DNA of 55,070 nucleotides, the filler included, from Sphacelaria rigidula (Eukaryota), in assembly GCA_964200075.2 (NCBI GenBank). It is 4 parts of 4 records of this genome, joined end to end, with 100 filler letters (N's around TTAATTAATTAA, not from the genome) between each part and the next. Parts side by side here need not be neighbours in the genome. Positions count along the whole stretch, not along the records: positions 1 to 13,695 come from CAXNAA020002716.1; positions 13,796 to 27,488 come from CAXNAA020002717.1; 2 more parts are not named here. One strand, 5' to 3'. The position numbers and the translations under genes are program-made. The notes below the pieces were generated by a model that was given only the letters and a program-made list of their open reading frames with translations, had not been told where the DNA came from and did no database searches. This document shows, piece after piece, positions 13,119-26,136 of the stretch; the stretch's first letter is position 1; each line of letters begins with the position of its first letter.

Positions 13119-13695
13119 CCAGGCTAGGGAAATCCCCCATTGCTCTTGTTTCATTTTATCTTTCCCCTTTTTGTGGTGTGGGAGATTGTGGTGAAGCGTG
13201 AGCTATTGTCATGGTATTTGCAGGGGCTGGTCTCGGGGTCTGATCTCTCGGGCATACAAGTCTCGGAGTAAAGCAACGTTTGGATATGAATTTTTTATTT
13301 GGCTGTGAGGGATGGCAGCTTGTTGAAAGATCCAAGTCAATGTTCCGAAAAGCAGTCGATATGAGATATAAGTTGTATGGTTGATTGTCTTGTCTACTGC
13401 ACACTGAATGTTCATGTGCACAACAGATAGTGTTCCTAGAACGTTCGTTGGATTGAGGATCTTCGGCTTTTCGGTTATGTATCGTGACCGGGCAAGGATA
13501 TAATTCCTGCGTAAGGCAGTCGCATTGGTGTCCCGACTGCCCAAAATGAGCACTCCATCTCGGATACCGGACACCATCAGCTTTAGCCACTGTTGCTCTA
13601 AGTTCCAAGTGAGCCCTTACCAGTACGCTTTTTTTCTTGTCCCCAGAGGACAGGAAGAAAACTTAAACCATGCACTTCGCTATTTCTAGTTTCCT

Positions 13696-13795
13696 NNNNN
13701 NNNNNNNNNNNNNNNNNNNNNNNNNNNNNNNNNNNNNNNTTAATTAATTAANNNNNNNNNNNNNNNNNNNNNNNNNNNNNNNNNNNNNNNNNNNN
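13696..13795. other. Artificial contig linker N44-TTAATTAATTAA-N44
   Basis: A 100-nt spacer with stop codons in all six frames, identical to the other two linkers. Confidence 0.98.
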
Positions 13796-14699
13796 TGAAA
13801 AAAACTAGCGTCTCTAGCTCTCCATCGATAGGGTCGGCCGGCTTCTTGTAAAAGGGCGGGGTGTGGGGGGCGTGGTGCATTTTAGCCGTATCTCATGAAA
13901 GGCGCCACCGCGATTTTGAATCTGATTGCGCTGAATTCCCTTCAGATCACGGGCCTTCAGGGGGGTGAAGGCCGTTCCCGCGGTCAGACCGCCTTGTTAT
14001 AAATAACGAAAAACCTCCCGTTCCGAAAGCAAAATCCGTTCTGAATCTCGCAAGCATGTGATCATAGCCAGATGGCCTACCTACCCTCGCGGTTAAAAAG
14101 TTAAGCGATTCCGTTCAAGCTTTGGTTCGTGGCTGAACTCCTCATACATATATCGAAAGGTATGCCTCATTACAGTTGCTTCCGGGCACTTGGAAAAACA
14201 AAGTGCCCCCCGTGACGCAGAAAAGGATTGGTGCATTACATCATTTAATCCAACGCGACAGATTTCATTCTCTGGCAATTGATGTTCGAACATGGTATAC
14301 CACTACACTGTTTGCAACTGTGTGTGTACTGGAGTACTGTGCCAATTTTGCTTCGCCTCTCTGCACGACTGTTGTACTGTCCCCATAAGCGCGGTGGCTA
14401 AGGGTTGTTCGGTGCGCTCGGGAAAATATGCGGGGATATATTGTGCTGGTGAATGTGTCGTGTTAACTCTTTTGGGACCGGATTCCCAGAAACATGTAGA
14501 GTTTGCACTCACAGGGGCTTTTTTGTGAATCGGAATCATTTTCACTCGTTTGCAAGTAAAAATGGTGCTGAATCACAAGAACGCCGCTGCGTGCAAATCG
14601 CATGATTATGGAAATGCGGTCCCCAAAGTGTTGATGATTCGAAACAGCCTAACCCTTCGACCGCCACCATATATAAGATATAATCTATTGAATCGTCAA

Positions 14700-15390
14700 T
14701 GGTCCAGATGGCCTACCCTGGCGGTTGAAGGATTAACTCTCTGTCCGCAATGCGGGTGTAATAGTCCATCTGGATCACGCATACTTTCCCCAGTAAAATC
14801 GATGCCAATTCAGCAGGTGACCGGATCGGTTATCGGAATCAAGCATACTTTTTCAGGTGAAATTGATGCCAATTCAACAGAGGACCTACACACGCCGACA
14901 GAGGGTTTTTCCGTGTGACCGCGGCGGTTGTTCATCATGGGTCCTACACAGCCATACAAAACGGTACAGCAAGTAAGAGACTGAACGGTGTGCAGAAGAA
15001 ATCGCTGTCAACATGCCTGGAGTCGCGCACCACCGCCGACCACGGCTATCTGACTACTGTCAACGGGTTAACTCTCAGACCGCGATGCGGGGAGTCCATC
15101 TGGATTACGCATCCTTTTCCAAGTGAAGTTGATGCCGATTCAGCAGGTGACCTACCCTCTTGGTCAAAGGGTTGACCGTTTGACTGCAAGGATCGGTCAC
15201 CGGAATAATGCATACATTTTCAGGTGAAATTGATGCCGATTCAACAGATGACAAACTCTCATTCGAAAATAGACAAATACACAGCAGTATAGCAGGTGAG
15301 CGGCTGATAGGATGTGCAGAAGAAATCGTTGTCAACGTGCCCGGCTTCGGGCACTTCCGCTGACCACGGCAACCCGACTACGCAAAAGCC
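14700..15390. repeat. Degenerate ~330-bp tandem duplication with internal subrepeats
   Basis: TTAACTCTC..CCGC.ATGCGGG occurs near 14732 and 15068. (GTG)AA(A/G)T(T/C)GATGCC(A/G)ATTCA(A/G)CAG occurs four times. AGATGG(C/A)CTACC..CGCGGT-like motifs occur near 14070, 14707 and 18270. Confidence 0.75.
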
Positions 15391-16029
15391 GAGAAGCCAC
15401 TGACATATTCCGGATTGACTGATGAAACTGATCAGCGCCGAAGCCACTGCGTAAAACGGCTGAGAACGTCACTGGTACCGGAGAGACATGCAGGTTCCGT
15501 TGCATTAACGGGGGAAGAGTAAGTCACTGGTGCCGGGGAGGTGAGGTTACGTTAGATTTTTACGAGGGAACAGTCTAACGGCCCGGCGCGTCACTGATGT
15601 TATAGGTCCCGCACGTGAAATCTCCAGGAGGAGAGAGAAGTGGAGAGTGCCACGGAAACAGGTTGCGGTAATTCCGGGTAGGGAAACGTCAGATTATGGT
15701 GGCTGGGGAAGTCACAGATCCCAGAGTAAATTACGCGGAGAAACGGGCAAATTCCGCGAAGGGAAACGGGAAAGCGTAGATACAGCGCGAATTCCCCCCA
15801 AAAACACGGGAGAGAATGTACGGAATAATACTGGCCGCTGGTGCGTCGGACTTCGGAGGATTGGTGCGCTGTCAGGCCCTGTGATTGTTGCACCTGCGTC
15901 CAGAGACCCGGAATGCAGACAAACTCAATGAATAAGAATAATATTAGGGTCGTGTGGGCTACGACAACACGTGGCCTGGTCAACATATATTTGGGGTGGG
16001 TGGCAACGTATGGGACACAGTCAATATAT

Positions 16030-16730
16030 GTATTGGGATTGTGTATGCGTGATATCATATTCCCCGGTTAGTATACATGCCGGGGTAGCGCATGCGACAA
16101 TATACCACCCACCCAATATACGTTGGGCGGGCGCATTGATGCCGAGTGTACATTTCACCGAACTGTAACAGTTAAGTACTGTACTCTGCCGCGTCCTGGA
16201 AGTCATCCCGTCCGACGAATCTCGCATTCAATGTAATTCAAAAAGTTAATATTCTGTTGGCCGGAATATATGGTGATAAGAGAGATGACCCGGTATATGT
16301 CCCTTTTCATATCTATCTGGCCACCGGTGTGGTACTGCTCATCCCCTTCACGAAATGTAATACATATATAGGCCAAACAGTACAACGGCAGAGCCGATAT
16401 GCGCCAATTGGTACTCTTCTGGTCACGGGTGCTGTGTTCTTTATTCCCTGGACAATACAATGTGTCCCGATACGATACCAATACTTGATATTGGAAACAG
16501 CGCGAGTAATGTCCTCACGATATATATGTGGTGTTTGGATTTCCTCGGGCATATTGAAGCGACAATACATCGTTGTTCTCGTTCATGATCGTAAAGAAAT
16601 GCATGCCAGTATGTGGATGACATGCACGTGTGCTCCCGGAACAAAACGTTCAATATATTTTGTTCATGCCGGCCGTGTACGCATTGAAATATCGAAATAT
16701 AAATTGAGTCAAAGTGATGCATAAGATATT
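16030..16730 (+). pseudogene. Highly degraded retroelement integrase relic
   Basis: Across frameshifts the order reads HAGVAHAT...RWAG...VKYC, then LLVT...VPIRYQ..LETARVMSSRYIC-VFGFPRA..SDN. This resembles an HHCC finger followed by the rve core. Confidence 0.45.
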
Positions 16731-17072
16731 GTTGATATACATAGCGAACACAAAGGGTGCATGAGCATTTTTTCCCATATATATATATATATTGTGCACG
16801 CTCATCGCAGAGCTATCGTGCAGTCAACATATATCGGACACGCTCGCGAAGGAATGTGTTGAGCGTATCCGGTATCTGGTGACACATTTTTCAATGGCAC
16901 CCGCGAACGCAAAAGTTCCACTGTTCGGACGAATCAATCATACGACTCGTACACAAGTCGTGATTAGTACATGTTTTGGGTCCGTGATTCGTACGGTATT
17001 GCCAGGAATGTACTCATTCCCAGTTCGTGGATCATGCGGTGCACCGTCGAAGGTACACGCTTCCAAGTGCAG

Positions 17073-17590
17073 GTCGAGTAGAGTATACTCAGTAATCGGT
17101 ATTTTGAAAAGTCATACTTTTTGTACCCAAAATTTGAGTAGAGTGTTGAGGTCACACCCAAGTGATACTCTATTCCCGAGTATCACTGAGAGTACTTGCT
17201 CAAGATTTGAGTAGAATATTTTAGATCGTACTCAATCTACGCAAACATTTGAGTAAAGTATTGAGGTCATACCCAAGTGATACTCTATACTCAAGTATTA
17301 TATTACGTACCCAAAAATTGAATGGAGTATTTGAGGTCGTACTCAATCTACCCAATATTTGAGGAGAGTATTTGGGGTCATATTTTTAGTACCCAGAATT
17401 TGAGTATTGAGGTCGCACCCAAGTGATACTCTATACCCAAGTATTGCTAAAAGTGCTTGCCCGATTTGAGTAGAGTATTTGAGGTCGTGCTCAATCTACT
17501 CAAGATTTGAGTAAAGTATTTGAGGCCGTACCCGATCTGCCCAGAATTTGAGTGGAGTATATACTCGAGTACTGCACCCGAGTATCCAAA
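17073..17590. repeat. Minisatellite of ~40-bp subunits with internal inverted motifs
   Basis: TTTGAGTAGAGTATTTGAGGTCGTACTCAATCTAC alternates with ACCCAAGTGATACTCTATACTCAAGTAT. Confidence 0.9.
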
Positions 17591-17614
17591 CGTACATACT
17601 CTGCCTGACCTGCC

Positions 17615-17830
17615 CGTGCATGTTTCCTACCTTCCATTGGTATGATATGAATCAGAGGTACATATTTTCCAATTTCTACTCATCCAGCATGAATCATGGG
17701 CACACGTTCCCCACCTTCCGTTCATACGAGGTGAAGCAAGCGTACACGTTTCTCCACTTCCATCCATGCCGCATGAATCATCGGTACATGTTTTCCACCT
17801 TCCGATTCTCGTTGTACGCACGCAAATCAA
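17615..17830. repeat. ~41-bp minisatellite (copy 1)
   Basis: Units of the form ATGAATCA...GTACA(T/C)GTT..CCACCTTCC.TTCAT. The same family occurs at 19840-20110. Confidence 0.8.
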
Positions 17831-19839
17831 GTCATATCAAGAATGAACATTTGTAGCCCAACGCCGGTAACTGAAACCAGGAAGCTGAACCATTTTGGGG
17901 GGGAATGCGGATCAAAGTTGGGTCAACATGATGTGTTCAACATGCGACAAAGTCATATGTACTGATGAACTTCACCGAGGACGGCCCTTACACAGACGAG
18001 TGGAGTACAAATAGTCATCGGGTGTGTAATGTGGGCTGGGCGGGTGTTGGTCCACCACCTCGTCATGGTTTGAGGAGCTTGATTCATCGCCTGCCATGAT
18101 TCCACAGCCTTCGTCGGACGAATGACTAGCGTTTGTGCAAGTGTATTTGTTGTTCCGTGGGCATGGCTTTTCATTCGATGAATATGATATTAACCAGCTC
18201 TTTGACCGCGACGGTTGGTCACATGCTGAACCGGCATAATTTTTCACTTGAAAAAAGTATGCATGATCCAGATGGACTACCCTCGCGGTCTAGACTCCAA
18301 AGATATTGCGTTGCAAGAGGAAATGAGAACAAACGGCCGTCCGTTACCCACCAGTACCGATACAACAGACGCGTGTCCTACGACGGCTGGGTCCACTGAA
18401 AAACACGAATGGAGCTTCGGTGCCATGTGGCCTCAGCGAAAGCGGGCGGACGACTTATGCTGTCTTTTGGGTCGTCTTGACGCAGTATACTATACCATTC
18501 GAGGGGGGTAAGTTGGTTCATCTTGATCTTCGTGTGGAAACCGAAATCCGGATCTGTCATGGGGGCTAGGCTCCTAGCATGCCCAGAACGCGTTTTTGTC
18601 TAATTGAGCTCTGGCAACGCACCCTTTGCCCAGGCAGCACGTTGCACCCCCCTTGCCCGAGGGTTCTCTGTGTGCCTTTGTTGTGGTTAGGGTTAGGGCC
18701 AGTGTTATAATTTGTTCTATCCGCTGCTACGAGGTCGCGAAGATGATTCTAGCTTCTGGGGCTTTGGGCGAAGGTTCAAATTCTACACCTGTCGAACATT
18801 CCACAGGTCTGATGTATCAACCATCTGCACTATCAAGAGTCATTCATGGGTATCATATATTCTGAGGTCGTTAGACAGGGATGAGGTTTTCACGTTTTGT
18901 GGAAACCGGCGAGGGTTGGAGGCGCGTGTTTGCGATCATAGCCCTTTCTGTTTGAGAAAATACTTATCACCACGGCCATCGATTGGGATGGGACTTTTTT
19001 CATCGTCTGCGCCAAGACGACAGCTATAATTGGACCGGCTGAATTTTTTCATTTATTCAGGATGAGAGTTTTGTAACGAATCAAGTGAAGAAAACATTTT
19101 TTTTTTTTTGCGATTTTCTCGATCACCCTAACTTCTTTGGGAAAACCATCCGGTCCGATTGCAGCTTGGACAAATACACACCGGTGAGTAGCCGAGCCGC
19201 GCCGTTGTTCGTACTCCGGAGCGAGAAAACTTTGAAACCGTGAAATGGAAAGCCTACTCAAATCAAAAGTACTTTGAGGGATTTCACGGCGTGCATAGTC
19301 AGGGGATGAACAAGATCTCCGGTCTATTCGTGCTTCTGGTCGGTGAAAATTTCTAGGCTCATTTTGGGGGATCAGGCGCGCCCATAACAGTTGACCTAAA
19401 TATCTTCTGTACACAATACCACGAACACTTGCGAAAAACACAGCAGCAACACGAGTCATCCTTCGGGAGGTTTTCGGGGAAATTCCGGTAGCGTACACTG
19501 CAGTCCGCAGACAGTACGGTACAGCATTGCACAGCACGCATCTGCGCGCCTACAGTGATTCTGTTACTCGTAGCTGCTTATCTTCCCAAGCTAAGCTATT
19601 GACGGTATTTCTGTTCTTTGTGTTTCGTTCTGCGGTACGGTTGGCCAATACAATATAGCACCAAACAAAGCAGCTTCAGACAGCACCAGTACTTCAAGAA
19701 TCGCCTCCGCATGTTTGCGTGAGTTTCCAAAACACTGCGGCAGCGCCCACTGCATTCAGCGAACAGTACGGTGCAGTACAGCGCAGCGCAGCACAGCATG
19801 GTACTGTGCAATCTGTACGGCGGACAACACACGACAGTG

Positions 19840-20110
19840 GTACGAAACTTTCCACTCATACTGTATTTTTCCCCTATGATAAATCGGCATTAACCACGTA
19901 ATAAATATACATAATTCCCACCTCCCATTTATACGAGGTGAATCAAGCGTACACAAACGCATATGTTTCCCATTCCCCGTTCATTGCAACATGAATCGTA
20001 GGCACATAAGTCTCACCTTCCGTTCACGCAGGATAAATCATGCATACATGTTCTCCGCCTTTCATCCGTACGAAGTGAATCAAGTGTACATGTTTCCCAC
20101 CAATGATGCA
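19840..20110. repeat. ~41-bp minisatellite (copy 2)
   Basis: Same unit as 17615-17830, e.g. ATACGAGGTGAA(G/T)CAAGCGTACAC in both arrays. Confidence 0.8.
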
Positions 20111-20269
20111 TACAGGAATTGTGCTCGTGCATATTTTACACTCTTGATTCGTCTGACACTACTTGGAGTGTACACACTCTCAGTTCGTGATTCATGCTGC
20201 ATGACCTTGACTGTACAACTTTACCGTCCATGATTCATACTGGATGACTCTTTGGTATATGATTTGCAT

Positions 20270-20592
20270 TGAACATTCATTACGAGTCAACCCGTATGAT
20301 TACTGGTTCGTCCGAACCGTGAAAAGGAGCCCTCTTGTTAGTTCTCTAATCTCAGAGATGTGAGACTGTTCGGTAACACACCACACAGCTGTCAGTAATT
20401 TCAGGAGTGACCTCGGAGGGGTATCCATATACTCGTCGAAGTTCCGCCGCATTTATATCAGCACATGAAACTGACACAGGCTGTAAACCAAATATATACT
20501 ACCTTGTAAACTGCCGCAGTAGTTTAATGTCAAAACAAACATATACGACCTTGTAACTGCGCAATAGTTCAATATACTACTTTTTTTCCACA
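20270..20592 (-). repeat. 3' LTR of the Gypsy element
   Basis: Direct repeat of 25859-26136 (AGGAGCCCTCT...CACACCACACAGCTGT...CTCGTCGAAGTTCCGCCGCATT...ACCTTGTAAACTGC). It starts TGTGGAA on the minus strand after purine-rich GGAGGG. Left edge approximate. Confidence 0.85.
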
Positions 20593-23500
20593 GCACCCTC
20601 CGAAGCGACAAACCACTTGAAAGTAGATCTCCACGTATCTTGAAAACAAACGAATTGACTCTGACATCGCGTCATTCCTAATACTTTTTTCCCCTCTCTG
20701 TGGAAGATAGAAACTAACGCCTTCACGACGTTCCTCAAACATCTGAAGTTTTTTTTTCACAATTCGAACTCGTGAGACTTTTGCAGTTCCATACCTCGAT
20801 TGCAACCTAGCACGAACGACTTGGTCCAGATCCATTTCAGGCAACTCTCCTCTCACGAATATTGAAGCATCCTCCCATATTTTTGCCAACGCCTCCCAGG
20901 TACTTTCATCGTGCTCGAATCTCCTCCACTCTACCTTGATGTTTATACCAGGTACTTTCATCGTGATCGAATCTCCTCCACTCTACCTTGATGTTTATAC
21001 CATCTCTAGTAGGATTCTCGCCAATGTTCACAATAGCAGACATGGTGAATTTGACTTGTGTGTACGCATGCTGGAAAACATCCTTCAACGCGATTTTTTT
21101 TTTCTGACTCGATGTCCGAATAAAACCCTCACTTGAGCCACATGCACGTCGTGAACCTCCTCTAAAATGATTATTTGCACTCCATACTCATGTTCACTGT
21201 TCGCTTCCACCTCTTGCCATGGACCGGTCCAAGTCGTCATGAGTTTGGACGTTGAGCCCGGCCTGCGCACCCTCGCCTTGAGTGCGTGATCACCAATCAC
21301 AAGTTTTGGTAACTGACCCGTGCTGGCATGTCCCCGTTGTTTTTTTCGATTCTGCTTCGCCATATCCTGTGCGTGTTTGTGCATTACCTGTTGAACAGCC
21401 ATTACGTCAATCACCTTCTGCTTTGGCCCTTCGTTATCGAAGACGTCTATCTGCCAATCTTTTCCTGTCGCAGACGCTAGCGTTGAAGAACTTGTTCGCG
21501 GCGCCCTACCAAACATGACATGGTGTGGGGTGCTCGTGTAACGCTCACGGTACGCAGTATTCAGAGCCCACCGCACGGCTGGGACCAAATAAACTCATTC
21601 ACGCAACTCGTGCCTCTCGTCTTGCAAGACTGCCTTCAACGTGCAAACAGTTCCTCGCATCATCCTTTCTACGGATCCATTACTTGTAGGCACACTTGCA
21701 ACCGCGAATTCATGTCCTACTTTCCGAGCAATCCCGAGTTCAGTCTTGACGACATTCTTGAAATGAGACGCCTTATCGCTGACCCACAACTGTGGAACAC
21801 CTGAAGTCATACACCAGGCAAGTAAGTGTTTGGCTGTTTGAACGATCGTGCATGGTTCAGTTGGCTCTACGAGTAGCCGTACAAAGTTGCTGAGATCATC
21901 CATGGTCACCAAGGTGTATTTGAATCTGTCGCCTTCATCCAATCTATCTATCGCCTTCCAACGGCCTTCTCTACCCAACATACGGACAATCAAAATGAAA
22001 TGCTTCGCCGGGTCGTGCACCATGAACAGTTTCTACAGGTGGCCTCGGAACCGTCTCGTCAGCTTTCCAATCCACACAATGCAGGCACTGTTTGAAAAAC
22101 TGTCTCACCTGACTCTCCATGCGAAACCAGCAGCAGTACTCTGGTACCCGCTGCAGAGCCGCCACGGTACTCTGATGACCGGTTCCTGGGATGTGAGCAC
22201 ATACCATGATGCGTTGTTGCCCTTCCTTCGCATCGTAAGGCATTCACATGACGTCACCTCCCTTCACCTTGATGCGGAAGATTCCGGCACCGCCATCCTC
22301 TTCGGCTTGTCCGTGCGACGCCATGAAAACCGCTGCCCCATGCGCTCTCGTTTTAACCTTTTCGCGGGCACTCTGCTGAACTGGACGTACGAGCTCTTTC
22401 GACGGCATTGTATCGCCAGGTTCGCTCGGCGCAAACACCGCCATAGCCCTAAGCTTCACTGCCGGAACATCGACCCACCGTGATAGCAAGTCCCCCCAGC
22501 AGTTCCTCTCGCCAGAGATATCCGTGATGGAGTATTCAAACTGCGCCGGGACCATCTCGCCATTGCTCGAGACGCTGGGCAGCAGTCTTGGGCAACGACG
22601 AAACGCACACGTCAGGAATGAAAATGTTAGCCAGATTGCGTTGGTCGATATATATACTCACACCTGCACACAGAAGGTAGTCCAACCTTTTACACGTGCT
22701 TACGATAGCGAAACCTTTTTTGTCGACAGGTTCCCACCGCCTCTGAGAGCCCTTGAACGTACCGCTGAGGAACGCGAGCGGCTCGTGAGGGCAAATCCTC
22801 CGTGAGTATTCCGCGCTTAGGCGAATCCGTCCTTCGGGTGGAACAGCACTACCATGCGGCACCAAATCCTGCGCTGTTGTCCACGCCTCAACCATGCCGG
22901 CAGTCCACGCCTCTCGCTCAATCGCACGATTAGATGCGATCCGCTTCGTCCGACGCGGCGCCGACGCCATGTGCTGCGCCAGCAAACGTCGAAGAGGTTC
23001 CACGACCTCTGCCAGCCGCGGCAACGACATCCGCAACCAATTGGTCGCTTGCGGAAATTGTATCAGCTCCCCCGCCGTCTCAGGCCTCCACATGTTCGCC
23101 AAGCCTTGCAGGCGCTCGGAGTCGGGGGTTGCTTGTCCACCAGAGTACACCTTGCCGCACCATTTGATCTTGGTGTGAAGGAACAGACACTTGTGCACTG
23201 CGGCAAAAAAATAATTTCTTCCATGGTGTTCAGTAAATCCGTTTCGTCTACTCCCCACCACACGATGCCGTCGACCCAAACTACACAGGTTCAATCCATG
23301 CAAGATATCCGTCGTAGCCGCTCGGGAGTATCCCGTGGCGTTCAGCACCCCTTGCGCGACATGCGTGGGCATGAACAACCCGTCCAGTGTGACGATGGTG
23401 AAGAGTTCATGCGCGCTCTCCTCCAACAACTTCTGCCAATACCCTTTCAGAAGAATCTATATTGCCGAAACAATGCGCGCCTTTCCCGACATCTGCACCT

Positions 23501-25858
23501 ATTGGTTTTAGGCATCACGTTTAGAACCTTCTTACATTGAGGATTCGCCGCACTATAACCGCTGACCAGGCGATACTCTCCCGCTTTACCCGACTTGGGC
23601 ACCGCCATAGCCAGGCTCGCCCAAAACGCTTGCACAGTTCGAATGACCATCCTCATTGCCACCAGGGCAGCCGTGTACCCAGGCAGCTACGCAGACCTGG
23701 GGGAGCGCACGCGCACCTTCGCCTTGACCGGACCCGCACCCGGTTGGAGGGTCGCCGTCATCGCGTTGACTTTCGCAACAGGGTCACCCGGAAGCGCCCA
23801 CCGGAACGCGTCGAATCGCCGTTCAAGGATCTCTGTGCGGCGTGTCGCACCCGCAGACGATGAGCAGTTATCCGCGGCCTGCTGAACCGCGTGACCCAGA
23901 GCTACCGCGCGCCGGACCTACTCTTCCTCCGGGACCATGAACATGTTAGGCCCCCGGAACAGTGCACGAGCCACAGCCTCATTATTCAGGGTCATCGGTT
24001 TCTCATCGACAACACGCTGCAGCGCCTTTACCGCTACAGCAACACGCCAGCGTTCATTGAACGTCGGATTCTCCATCCCCTTGACGCAGGCGATAGGTTT
24101 CGAGTGCGCACGGGCGGCGAAACTGCCGCACACGTCGATCCCTAGTTTCTTCAGGGTAGCGCCACCGGAAAGAATCGTGTCATCCTCACCGGGCATCAGC
24201 GCGTCAGGGGACGGTTCCAGTACCACCGGACACCTCTCCGTGTGCGATGTCAGCCGCAATAGACATGCCTTCTGTGAGATGAACACCAAACTGCCATCCG
24301 CAAGTTTAGCACAGTGCGCGCCCTCCATGGACTGCGTGATGGAAATACTTGAAAAGCGTGCCTGTAGCTTGCGCACGACGCGGTCCGACACAGAAGACGG
24401 ATTAGATCCCGAGTTCAAGACCGCCCGCACCGGACACACCGTAGACTCAGCTGTTCCGGCGCAGACCAATCAGCCAGGCACAAAATGACATATCGATCCC
24501 CGTCGACACCCTCAGCGTGCAGGCGCGCGACCTCATGAGCTGTCGGAGATCTCTACGCCGGAACCGTCGTAGCTTCGGATACGCAGTTTTCCCTGTAGCA
24601 GGAGCAGGCGGCGTGGGAAGCGTTGTGGCCACCCCGTCGCCCGCACCGTGCTTCTTCTCCTCCGAAAACGCAGCCCGAATTTGGACAAACGAAGGCACAC
24701 CTTGTTTTTGACCACCGCGCTGCTGCTGGCCATCGGCCGGCGTTGTCGCCCGGGCCCGCCTGCTGGTAAGGCCGCTCCTCCGACTGATTGGATCCTGGCC
24801 CCGCGGCCGCAGGCTTACCCTCAGACCCCTCAGTCGGTGCCTTCGGACAGTCACGAGGGCAATGCCCGGGCTTGTTGAAGACTCAGCAAGCGCCAGAGAA
24901 GCCCGACTTACCACGTTTGTCACCTCCAAAACGTCAGTTTTTTGTTTCTACTCCGAGTCCATGCTCCGCGCTTCTTTGACGGGTGTGCCGCCAACACCAC
25001 AAGCACACCCGCGCGCCTTGCGGTCTTGGTCAGCCTTTTCAACCTTGCGCTAGCCAGCCGCCGCCTCACACACCGTGTGCAGTACCAACTCAGGGTCATG
25101 CTTCCAGCTGCACCGCATTCGGAAGGAGCACTCTATGGTCGACTTAGACTCCGGGAGGGAAATTCGATTGACCAGAGCTTTCGTGATGGCCTGCACAGGG
25201 CCCGACAAACCATTCATCCCGCGAATTCCGAAAAAGTGGTACCATATTTGGGTTTTCGGCCACCTAAAACTCCAGCGCGCTGTGGAGCGCATCGACTCGC
25301 GCGCGTGCCGAGCCTCCATGCTGCACGGTGGCTGCCAGGGCCACCCGCTGCAGCAACAACAGGATCAAGCTCGGTGTCTCCGGCAACCCCCGCATCTTGT
25401 GAGATACCTGCTCTAAGCTGTGTCTCCGACACATCCCCGCGATCGACGAAATACTTGCAAGCGAGGCATTTCCTGATGTGTTGTGGGAGCAATTCTGACA
25501 TACTCATTGCTTGCCGCGTCAACGCCTGCCCAGCGTTGCCGACTTTCCACACGTGTTCGTATTTTTGGTATTGCAAAATAGAAACGTTGTGACGCTGACT
25601 CCGACAACATCTCGCCATACTCGGGCGGTTTTTGTGCAGAGCCGAGAACGACCTCATTCACACTTGCCCGCTGCTCATTTGGTATTCACGTGCAGGGCCG
25701 CCTGCACCTCGGCTTGCCTGACATACTACTTCTTGTTGTTCGTAGCTCCCCTCGCCGTAACCGCAGCAGACTCTCGCACCGACTTTGATGCGAGGTACAT
25801 AGTCAGTATACTGCCGTGTAACTGAAAACCTTCGAGCGATCTTTGCTGAGAACGCCAG

Positions 25859-26136
25859 GTTAACTACTTCATGTGGAACCCGCGTGAATCGCGGGAGGTT
25901 CGTCGTGTTCTCTGAGGAGCCCTCTCGTTAGTTTCCTCACCTCGGAGATGTAAGACTGCTGGATAGCACACCACACAGCTGTTCGTTTATTCAGAACTGA
26001 CCTCGACGGGGCATCCATACCCTCGTCGAAGTTCCGCCGCATTCATCTCAACACATGAAACCGACACTGTTTGTAGGCCAATCATACACGACCTTGTAAA
26101 CTGCTGCAATAGATCAGTTTCTCACTTTATTCCACA
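25859..26136 (-). repeat. 5' LTR of the Gypsy element
   Basis: Starts TGTGGAA on the minus strand and is followed by a PBS-like TGGCGTTCTCAGC at ~25857-25845. Confidence 0.85.

Larger units (their letters stand above)
20270..26136 (-). mobile_element. Full-length decayed chromodomain-bearing Ty3/Gypsy LTR retrotransposon
   Basis: Minus-strand order is gag (25050-25810), CCHC knuckle (~24840-24890, KPGHCPRDC), protease (VLNSGS, ~24410), RT (QGVLNATG, VWVDGIVW ~23270), RNase H (LAFLSGTFKG, NCWGDLLSRW), integrase (H..GTGH...C..C, GVPQLWVSD, SNGSVERM, WTGPW) and chromodomain (IKVEWRRFEHDESTWE). Two LTRs flank it. Many frameshifts. Confidence 0.95.

Noticed and set aside
1440..13695. LTR pair and PBS for the first Gypsy element
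   Set aside because: No matching direct repeat was found between the 5' flank and 12100-13695. Candidate PBS (~1555) and PPT (~13178) sites are too weak.
13740..13751. TTAATTAATTAA as a biological site (PacI or piggyBac TTAA)
   Set aside because: It is centred in N-runs three times identically, so it is an assembly linker.
16320..16390. GVVLLIPFTKCNTYIGQT resembling a Penelope GIY-YIG endonuclease
   Set aside because: The key Tyr and Cys are missing, there is no downstream R/H/E signature or Penelope RT, and the surrounding motifs fit an integrase better.
17073..17590. CRISPR-like appearance of the repeat array
   Set aside because: There are no unique spacers, the repeats are degenerate, there are no cas genes, and the context is eukaryotic.
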